64,000 bases of DNA from an uncultured SAR86 cluster bacterium (GTDB taxonomy: Bacteria > Pseudomonadota > Gammaproteobacteria > Magnimaribacterales > AG-339-G14): assembly GCA_902614235.1 (NCBI GenBank), contig CACMKG010000002.1:148038-212037 (forward strand), in the 5' to 3' direction. Each line of letters starts with the position of its first letter. The first letter of the stretch is position 1. Under the pieces are notes generated by a model. That model was not told the origin of the DNA and did no database searches. It was given only the letters and a program-made list of their open reading frames with translations. Of this stretch, positions 1 through 6,829 are shown one piece after another. The translations under genes and the position numbers were made by a program.

Positions 1-255
1 CGAAATTACGTTCTTAGCAGTATTTATAGCTATTCTGTAAATCCAAGTATAAAACTGACTATCGCCTCTAAATTTTTCTATATTTTTATAAGCTTTTATA
101 AAAGCTTCTTGAGCTATGTCCTGAGCAAGCTCAAAATCTTTCAAAAATTTGTAGACAGAAAAGACCAACCTGTCTTGATATTTCAAAACAAGGGTATTGT
201 AGGCCTTCTTGTCGCCCTTTTTGACCAATTCTATAAGAGCTATTTCATTGTCCAT
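1..255 (-). CDS. rpoE: ECF sigma factor RpoE/AlgU family, N-terminal part (gene runs off left edge)
   Basis: Own translation of the minus strand from ATG 253-255: MDNEIALIELVKKGDKKAYNTLVLKYQDRLVFSVYKFLKDFELAQDIAQEAFIKAYKNIEKFRGDSQFYTWIYRIAINTAKN. This is sigma-70 region 2 of group IV sigma factors. It is absent from the ORF track because it is open at the edge. Confidence 0.8.
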   Translation of the reverse strand, partial: MDNEIALIELVKKGDKKAYNTLVLKYQDRLVFSVYKFLKDFELAQDIAQEAFIKAYKNIEKFRGDSQFYTWIYRIAINTAKNVIS

Positions 256-271
256 TATTGTCCTTTTTCAG

Positions 272-298
272 TTTGACAGGTGCATTGTGCATAAGTTC
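272..298 (-). promoter_or_regulatory. Sigma-E type promoter upstream of rpoE (GAACTT-N16-TCAAA)
   Basis: The minus strand reads cTGAACTTatgcacaatgcacctgTCAAActg. The -35 GAACTT is the complement of 293-298, followed by a 16-nt spacer and the -10 TCAAA (complement of 272-276). It ends about 17 nt before the rpoE ATG and matches the autoregulated rpoE/algU promoter consensus. Confidence 0.5.
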
Positions 299-300
299 AG

Positions 301-564
301 CTAAATTTCATTAGAAAATTCAATTATTTTCGAAATAATTTTTTTAAACTTTTCTGAGGATTTTATTTTTTTATATAGAATTAAATCTGCTAAATCTATA
401 TCTTCGAACTCTAATAACTCCAAAAAAAGAATTTTTTCTAATTCTTCAAGTTGTTGAAATTTTTTTGTTACAAATGGAACTAAAATTTGGTCCAATTCAT
501 TCAGACCTCTTCTGCTCTTAAACTTAGCCTTATCGAGTAAAAATGAGCTCTCTTTTTTGTTCAT
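301..564 (-). CDS. sdhE: FAD assembly factor SdhE (YgfY/DUF339 family)
   Basis: 87 aa with RRGLNELD (the RGxxE SdhE signature) and an acidic LLEFEDIDL segment. It is divergent from ygfZ, as in E. coli. Confidence 0.75.
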   Translation of the reverse strand: MNKKESSFLLDKAKFKSRRGLNELDQILVPFVTKKFQQLEELEKILFLELLEFEDIDLADLILYKKIKSSEKFKKIISKIIEFSNEI

Positions 565-588
565 TAAATTGTAAAATAAAGATTAAAC

Positions 589-1287
589 ATGAATATTTCT
601 TCCTCGGATTCTATTATACAAATTTCAGGTGTTGATTCTGCCGAATTTCTTCAAGGTCAAATTACTAATGACATAAATTTTGCGTCAGAAAGCAAAATGA
701 CAATCAGTGCTATTTGCAATGTCAAAGGCAGAATAATAGCGGTTTTTAAAATTTTAAAAACTAGTTCAGGTTTTTTAATTTTTATTAACAATACTGTAGC
801 AAAAAAATTTAAAAATTATCTAGAAAAGTACGCGGTTTTCTTTAAAACAAAAATTGAATTTATAGATAACGCAATAAATGACATTGAAATAATTCCATTA
901 TCAGATTGGAAACTTGATTGCATTGAAAAGGGATTTGTTGAAATTAACGAGTCAATTTCTGAAGCTTTCACTCCGCATGAATTAAATTATCAGAATTTAG
1001 GTCTAATTAGTTTTGAAAAAGGATGTTTTACTGGTCAAGAAGTCATTGCAAGGATGCATTACAGAGGCAAATTAAAATTTAGTCTCGCAAAATTTAGTGT
1101 CAACGACGAAAACTTTTTAAAAGAACAAGATTATGTTTTCGATAAAGACGGCAAAAAGTTAGGGCAAGTTGTATCCGAAGAACGAAATAAAGGTTTGATA
1201 ACTTTTAAAGACAAATCTGTTGTTAAAAAAGAATTATTTGATAAAAATCTAAAAAGAATTAAATTTTTAAATATCGAATCTATATAA
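589..1287 (+). CDS. ygfZ: Folate-binding tRNA-modification/Fe-S protein YgfZ
   Basis: Carries the EKGCFTGQEVIARMHYRGKLK signature (KGC[YF]xGQE). At 232 aa it is shorter than the roughly 326-aa enterobacterial protein (length from memory). Confidence 0.8.
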   Translation: MNISSSDSIIQISGVDSAEFLQGQITNDINFASESKMTISAICNVKGRIIAVFKILKTSSGFLIFINNTVAKKFKNYLEKYAVFFKTKIEFIDNAINDIEIIPLSDWKLDCIEKGFVEINESISEAFTPHELNYQNLGLISFEKGCFTGQEVIARMHYRGKLKFSLAKFSVNDENFLKEQDYVFDKDGKKLGQVVSEERNKGLITFKDKSVVKKELFDKNLKRIKFLNIESI

Positions 1288-1951
1288 TTTTCCAATTTAT
1301 CTCTTTTCTTCCTAAGCTTTTTAAAAAAGTATTGCATTTGCTAAAGTGTTTGCAACCAAGAAAGCCTTTATAGCAAGAAAGTGGCGATGGATGGGAGGCT
1401 TCAAGAACAAAATGTCTTTCTTGATTAATAAATTTTTTCTTATTAATGGCAAATTTCCCCCATAACATAAAAACAATATCCTTTTTCTTATTGAAAGATT
1501 TAATTATGTGATCCGTAAATTCTTCCCATCCAAACTTTAAGTGGGAACCGGGAATACCTTGCTCTACTGTTAGAGAAGAATTTATTAAAAGTACGCCTTG
1601 TTTTGCCCAATCAGATAAATCCCCATTCGTACCATTTTTTATTCCTAAGTCTTCTTCAATTTCTTTGTATATATTTTTTAATGAAGGAGGCAAAGCCTGA
1701 TTCTTTTTCACAGAGAAACATAAACCGTTTGCTTGGTTAGGATTGTGGTAAGGATCTTGTCCTATAATAATTACTTTAGTTTTTTCGGGAGACGTTAATT
1801 CAAAAGCTTTAAAGATTTCTCTTTCTGAAGGAAAGATTTTTTTGTGAAGTGCTTTTTCTTTTTTAAGTCTAAGTTTCAACGATAGCACATACTCTTTTTT
1901 TAGCTCATTTGATAAAAAATTTTCCCATTCTTTAGGTATAGCAAAATCCAT
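1280..1951 (-). CDS. ung: Uracil-DNA glycosylase
   Basis: GQDPYH water-activating loop and HPSPLS leucine loop; 223 aa. Confidence 0.93.
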   Translation of the reverse strand: MDFAIPKEWENFLSNELKKEYVLSLKLRLKKEKALHKKIFPSEREIFKAFELTSPEKTKVIIIGQDPYHNPNQANGLCFSVKKNQALPPSLKNIYKEIEEDLGIKNGTNGDLSDWAKQGVLLINSSLTVEQGIPGSHLKFGWEEFTDHIIKSFNKKKDIVFMLWGKFAINKKKFINQERHFVLEASHPSPLSCYKGFLGCKHFSKCNTFLKSLGRKEINWKII

Positions 1952-1978
1952 TTATATATCGTAACAAAGAGATTTTTT

Positions 1979-2014
1979 TTATCCACAGAATCTGTGGATA
2001 AGTCTTTGGATAAA
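1979..2014. promoter_or_regulatory. Cluster of three DnaA boxes: two perfect boxes in inverted orientation plus one 1-mismatch box
   Basis: TTATCCACA at 1979-1987 and TGTGGATAA at 1993-2001 form the 23-bp palindrome TTATCCACAGAATCTGTGGATAA. TTTGGATAA at 2006-2014 is the complement of TTATCCAAA. The cluster lies 28-63 bp upstream of the ung start. Confidence 0.6.
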
Positions 2015-2315
2015 AAAATCTTTTTAACTGAAGCCCTTATGTAAAAGGGACTCAACTTAAATTGGTTAAAAAATGATCAATATAAAAAAAACAATAAAAT
2101 CAATAGTTTATGATTGCATTATAAAAGTGCATAGATATATCATTGATGGAGTTAAAATTTTTTAAATTTGAAGCAGTTTGATAAGTTTGTGTGTAACTTG
2201 AGCAAAATATTTAAAAAACAATATAAAAAAAATTTTTTTTATTGATAATTAATCTTATAAATTAAAAAAAAATGTTGCATTTTTTTATAAAAGAAAAATC
2301 AACAGGTTAGAGTAT

Positions 2316-3098
2316 TTATTTTAGAGGAACTGGGCCACCAAGGTGCATCCCCCCATCTAACAAAAGAGTTTCGCCTGTTGTTGTGACAGCATCCTCAACA
2401 AAATATATGATTGAATCAGCTACTTGATCAGCAGTAACTGTTAATTTTAAAGGTGTAGATTTTTCTGTTGCTTCTTTAACCATCTCGTAAACTTCATCTC
2501 CAAGACCATTCCTTAACCAATCGCCTTGAATAAACCCTGGGCATATTGCATTTACTCTAATTGGTCCTAAAGCACGTGCTAATGACTTTGTCATATTCAG
2601 CAAAGCTCCCTTTGATGAAGCGTAAGCAATTGAACTTCCAATTCCTGTTACCCCAGCTATAGAGCCAACGTTTACGACACTGGGGTTGGAACTTTCAAGT
2701 AGATGTGATTGGGCTTCTTTTAGCATCATGTAAGGTCCAACAGTATTTACACTATAAAGCCTTAGAAAATCTTCTGAGGTTAAGCCAGATAGGTTTTCAT
2801 GAGCATTGAATTTTGTGGTTCCTGCATTATTAATCAAAGCGTCTAGTCTTCCCCATTTTTTTATTGTTTGATCGACAACATCTTTGCAGTTTTTCTCTTC
2901 AGACACATCTGATTTTATTACCAAGGTCTCACCGCCCAAGCTTTTACATTCTTCAGAAACCTCAATAGCTTCTTTTTCTGAGCTAGAACATGTAATTGTT
3001 ACGTTCCAACCCTTTGAAGCAAGTTTAATAGCTGTAGCGGCTCCTACGCCCCTACTAGAACCAGTTACTATTGCTGTTGCTCTTTCTGATTTAGTCAT
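2316..3098 (-). CDS. Short-chain dehydrogenase/reductase (SDR) family oxidoreductase
   Basis: TGSSRGVG cofactor motif, NNAG, catalytic YASSK (Yx3K); 260 aa. Confidence 0.85.
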   Translation of the reverse strand: MTKSERATAIVTGSSRGVGAATAIKLASKGWNVTITCSSSEKEAIEVSEECKSLGGETLVIKSDVSEEKNCKDVVDQTIKKWGRLDALINNAGTTKFNAHENLSGLTSEDFLRLYSVNTVGPYMMLKEAQSHLLESSNPSVVNVGSIAGVTGIGSSIAYASSKGALLNMTKSLARALGPIRVNAICPGFIQGDWLRNGLGDEVYEMVKEATEKSTPLKLTVTADQVADSIIYFVEDAVTTTGETLLLDGGMHLGGPVPLK

Positions 3099-3102
3099 AT
3101 TT

Positions 3103-4284
3103 TTATATAGATCTCACATTTATAACGTTTTCTAAAGCCTCTAAGTCCTCAATTACTTTATCAGAGGGTTTGGTTTCAAGATCAATTACATTATATGCAA
3201 TTTCTTCTCTGCTTTTATTGATCAATTCTACGATATTAATGTTATTTTCAGCTAGAATCGTTGTTATTTGACCAATCATTCCTGCAACGTTTCGATTTGA
3301 CAAAGTTAGTCTAAAATCAGACTGTCTTTCTTCGATTAATTCTGGAAAATTCACAGAATTTTTAATGTTTCCATTTTCCAGAAAGTCTTTAAGTTGATCT
3401 GCCGCCATGACAGAACAATTTTCTTCTGCTTGTCTAGTACTAGCTCCAATATGAGGCAAAATAATTACATCTCCAACTTCTTTGGCTCTCTTTATAAGAT
3501 CAAGATCTGCAAAATCCGTAACGTACGAGCCGAGTTGCCCTGACTCAAGTGCTTTTATGATTGCTCCAGAGTCAACTATCTCGTCTCGAGCAAAATTAAT
3601 CAGTTTTAAGTCTGCTTTGCATTCAGAAAGAACAGAATGGTCAATTAAGTTTTTTGTGGCCTCAATAGCTGGGACGTGTAACGTAACATAGTCAGAGTTT
3701 GTGAATATAGTTTTTAAATTATCTGTTCTAGAAACATTATTCGGCAATTTCCAAGCTGCTTCTACAGTAATGGCTGGGTCGTATCCTATAACTTCCATAT
3801 CAAGAAAAACTCCCATTCCAGCTACTTGAGCTCCAATAGCCCCCATTCCTACAACGCCCAAGGTTGCTCCCTTGAGCTCTCTTCCTTTAAATTCTTTTTT
3901 ACCTAATTCTATGTGTGCCTTTAAATCTTTAGAGTCGATGCCATTTATTTCATTAACAAAGCTAGCTCCAGCATATATTCCTCTTGATGACATAAGCAGG
4001 CCTGCAAGGACAATTTCCTTAACGGCATTTGCATTTGCACCAGGAGTATTAAAAACAACTATTCCTTTTTCAGAGCATTCTTTAACAGGAACATTGTTAA
4101 ATCCGGCTCCCGCTCTAGCAACAGCTTTAAGAGAGTTATTCAACTCATCTACAGGCAGTTTGTAACTCCTTAAGATAATTGCATCAGGGTCGTTTTCCTC
4201 TTCTGAAACAGAAAAACTAGCTTCAGTTAACATAGTAAGGCCTGATTCAGCTATGGCATTATGTGTTTTTACTTTAAAATTCAT
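3103..4284 (-). CDS. serA: D-3-phosphoglycerate dehydrogenase (2-hydroxyacid dehydrogenase with C-terminal ACT-like domain)
   Basis: NAD-binding GVVGMGAIG, catalytic His region LPHIGAST, and a regulatory tail of about 70 aa (AGMIGQITTILAENNINI). Confidence 0.82.
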   Translation of the reverse strand: MNFKVKTHNAIAESGLTMLTEASFSVSEEENDPDAIILRSYKLPVDELNNSLKAVARAGAGFNNVPVKECSEKGIVVFNTPGANANAVKEIVLAGLLMSSRGIYAGASFVNEINGIDSKDLKAHIELGKKEFKGRELKGATLGVVGMGAIGAQVAGMGVFLDMEVIGYDPAITVEAAWKLPNNVSRTDNLKTIFTNSDYVTLHVPAIEATKNLIDHSVLSECKADLKLINFARDEIVDSGAIIKALESGQLGSYVTDFADLDLIKRAKEVGDVIILPHIGASTRQAEENCSVMAADQLKDFLENGNIKNSVNFPELIEERQSDFRLTLSNRNVAGMIGQITTILAENNINIVELINKSREEIAYNVIDLETKPSDKVIEDLEALENVINVRSI

Positions 4285-4333
4285 AAAACTTTGAAAAAAA
4301 TTAACAGATTCGCAATTCTATAGTCTAAATTCC

Positions 4334-5230
4334 ATGGGACCAAAACATTTTTTAAATTTTGAAAAAATCTCAAATCAAGAATTTGTTTCAATAATTGAAA
4401 GAGGGATTGAACTCAAAAATTCTAATGAGACTGAAAAAACTTTAAAAGGTAAGATTTTAGGACTTGTTTTTGAACAACCCTCAACCAGAACAAGAGTTTC
4501 TTTCGAGGTTGGCATTAATAATCTGGGAGGAAGTTCTATATTTCTTTCAGGTAGTGAGTTACAGCTCTCCAGAGGTGAGCCCATATCAGATACGGCAAAA
4601 GTTTTATCATCTATGCTAGATGTAATAGTCTTGAGAACAGATAATCATGAAAAATTAGAAATATTTTCCCAAAACTCGTCTGTTCCTATAATAAATGGCT
4701 TAACTAATTCATTTCATCCCTGCCAAATAATGGCAGATCTTATGACTTTCCGAGAAGTTTCCAAGGGCAAGAACTTAGAAAAAGTCTGTTGGATAGGCGA
4801 TGGAAACAATGTGTGCAATTCTTATATCGAAGCAGCCAAATTATTGAATTTTGAATTATCAATTTTTTGTCCAAAAGGGTATGAGCCAAATGCGAATATT
4901 TTAGAATCTTCTAAAAAGTTCGTATCTTTAGCGACAAACAAAGAAGATGCCCTAAGGAATGCAGATATAGTGACAACTGATGTTTGGACTTCAATGAGTT
5001 CAAATACAAAGTTGAAAGACAGAAAGAAAATCTTTAAAGAATTTTTCGTTTCTCCAGATGATATGAAGAAGGCTAAAGATAAATCAATTTTTTTGCATTG
5101 TTTGCCGGCACACAGAGGAGAAGAAATAACTGTTGATATGTTAGAGGATCAATCATCTAAAGTATGGGTGCAAGCTGAAAACAGAATGCACATTCAAAAA
5201 GCCATTCTTGAGTATTTACTGCTCGATTAG
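4334..5230 (+). CDS. argF: Ornithine carbamoyltransferase
   Basis: STRTR carbamoyl-phosphate motif, HPCQ, DVWTSM and HCLPAHRGEE motifs; 298 aa. Confidence 0.85.
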   Translation: MGPKHFLNFEKISNQEFVSIIERGIELKNSNETEKTLKGKILGLVFEQPSTRTRVSFEVGINNLGGSSIFLSGSELQLSRGEPISDTAKVLSSMLDVIVLRTDNHEKLEIFSQNSSVPIINGLTNSFHPCQIMADLMTFREVSKGKNLEKVCWIGDGNNVCNSYIEAAKLLNFELSIFCPKGYEPNANILESSKKFVSLATNKEDALRNADIVTTDVWTSMSSNTKLKDRKKIFKEFFVSPDDMKKAKDKSIFLHCLPAHRGEEITVDMLEDQSSKVWVQAENRMHIQKAILEYLLLD

Positions 5231-6667
5231 TTTTTTTAAATACTTCTGCCAAGCCTTAAACTTACTATCTAGATCATTTTTTGGAAGAAACTTTTCGTCA
5301 ACTTTCCAAAAATCTTTTAAATCTTCCTTTTTAGCGAATCCTGACCCGATGGCAGCGAGGTATGTCGCTCCTAATGCCGTTGTTTCAATATCTTCAGGCC
5401 TATAAATTTCTGTTTTAAGCGTATCAGCCAATAGTTGCGAGAAAAAAGAATTGTTAGACATTCCACCGTCTACCTTTATAGAAGATATTTCCCCTCCATC
5501 AGCTTTCATGGCCTCTAACAGCTCTCTTGTTTGAAATGCTACAGATTCAAGTGTTGCTAACGTCAGTTCCTCAATACCTGAATTTAGGGTTAACCCAAAT
5601 ATTGCTCCTTTAGCATCTGGCACCCAATGAGGGGCTCCAAGACCCGTAAACGCTGGCACTAAAAAAACATTTGAATTCTTATCAGCATCTAAAGCTAACT
5701 CTTCTGAATCTTCTGCCTTTTCAAAAAATTTAAACCTATCTCTTAGAAACTGCATAGAAGATCCAGCAACAAATATACTTCCTTCCAATGCGTAAGTAAT
5801 TTCATTATTCAGTTTATATCCAATAGTGGTTAATAATTTATTTTTTGATTTCACTAAATCTTGTCCTGTATTCAACATCAAAAAACATCCTGTTCCATAA
5901 GTGCTTTTTACCGACCCCAGATCGAAACATGTTTGACCTATCAAAGCTGCCTGTTGGTCTCCCGCGACTCCACAGATCTTAATTTTTCCTCCAAACAATT
6001 CTGTTTCGCCAAAAAAGTCTGCATTTTCTTTTACTTCAGGAAGTTGAATGTCCTCTAAATCAAAAATCTTAAGAAGATCTTCATCATATCTGCAATCCTG
6101 AATATTAAATATAGATGTTCTTGATGCATTAGTAATATCAGTTAAAAAACTTTTACCTTCTGTTAATTTAGATACTAAAAACGTATCAATTGTCCCAAGA
6201 AGATAATTTGAGTTTTTCTTCAGATCTAGATTATTCTTCAACCATTTCATTTTTGAAGCAGAGAAATAAGGATCTAATAAAAGTCCGGTCTTTTCCTTAA
6301 TAACTTCCTCAATTCCATCTTCTCTCATTTTTTGGCAGTAGTTTGATGTCCTTCTGTCCTGCCAGACAATTGCTCTAGATAAAGGCTTCAGTGTTTTATT
6401 ATCCCAAATAGCAACAGTTTCTCTTTGATTCGTAATACCGATACTAACTATTTCATCGGATTTCAGAGAGTTATTCTTAATTAAATCGCTGACACATGAA
6501 GTAACAGAAAGCCAAATTTCTTCTAGATCATGCTCTACCCAACCATCTTTTGGGTAGTATTGAGTTAATTCAATTTGGGTGATGTCTAGTTTTCTTATTT
6601 TATCGTCATAAAGTATGGCTCTAGTACTAGTTGTGCCTTGATCGATTGTTATAAAGAAACTTCTCAT
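5216..6667 (-). CDS. glpK: Glycerol kinase
   Basis: N-terminal IDQGTTSTRAILYD and the FGGY-kinase layout across 483 aa. Confidence 0.92.
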   Translation of the reverse strand: MRSFFITIDQGTTSTRAILYDDKIRKLDITQIELTQYYPKDGWVEHDLEEIWLSVTSCVSDLIKNNSLKSDEIVSIGITNQRETVAIWDNKTLKPLSRAIVWQDRRTSNYCQKMREDGIEEVIKEKTGLLLDPYFSASKMKWLKNNLDLKKNSNYLLGTIDTFLVSKLTEGKSFLTDITNASRTSIFNIQDCRYDEDLLKIFDLEDIQLPEVKENADFFGETELFGGKIKICGVAGDQQAALIGQTCFDLGSVKSTYGTGCFLMLNTGQDLVKSKNKLLTTIGYKLNNEITYALEGSIFVAGSSMQFLRDRFKFFEKAEDSEELALDADKNSNVFLVPAFTGLGAPHWVPDAKGAIFGLTLNSGIEELTLATLESVAFQTRELLEAMKADGGEISSIKVDGGMSNNSFFSQLLADTLKTEIYRPEDIETTALGATYLAAIGSGFAKKEDLKDFWKVDEKFLPKNDLDSKFKAWQKYLKKLIEQ

Positions 6668-6686
6668 GAGTCATATTTATATCTAC

Positions 6687-6695
6687 TTATTCACA
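6687..6695. promoter_or_regulatory. Consensus DnaA box (TTATTCACA = TTATNCACA) in the glpK/nrdA divergent control region
   Basis: Read directly at 6687-6695. DnaA boxes upstream of nrdAB are known from E. coli. Confidence 0.4.
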
Positions 6696-6744
6696 CTTAA
6701 TCCACTGAATTTTCATAAATTGTTCTATTGATTTTTTATTAAAA

Positions 6745-6791
6745 ACACTTTATCTTGTATATATCTCAGATTGTGGCACTATATATAGGGT
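6745..6791 (+). promoter_or_regulatory. Tandem NrdR boxes upstream of nrdA
   Basis: Box 1 is ACACTTTATCTTGTAT (6745-6760) and box 2 is GCACTATATATAGGGT (6776-6791). The consensus is acaCwAtATaTwGtgt. The box starts are 31 bp apart (three helical turns), and box 2 ends 38 bp before the nrdA ATG. Confidence 0.7.
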
Positions 6792-6829
6792 CTACAAAAA
6801 AGAAAAAATCGTATAAATAATTAAGAATT

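Noticed and set aside
2073-2165. A possible 30-aa ORF (MINIKKTIKSIVYDCIIKVHRYIIDGVKIF) lies in the long spacer.
   Set aside because: It has no SD. Its Lys/Ile-rich composition is expected from random AT-rich DNA, and it has no supporting context.
1952-2315. The DnaA-box cluster plus an AT-rich 364-bp spacer could be the chromosomal replication origin (oriC).
   Set aside because: Highly expressed genes to the right (rpsP operon, groESL, ileS, thrS-infC-rplT-pheST) are almost all on the minus strand. This implies replication moves right to left through them, which is the opposite of what an origin at 2 kb would give. There is only one GATC in the spacer, no dnaA, dnaN, gidA or mioC nearby, and no repeated 13-mer DUE. 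The full-contig GC skew is still needed for certainty.
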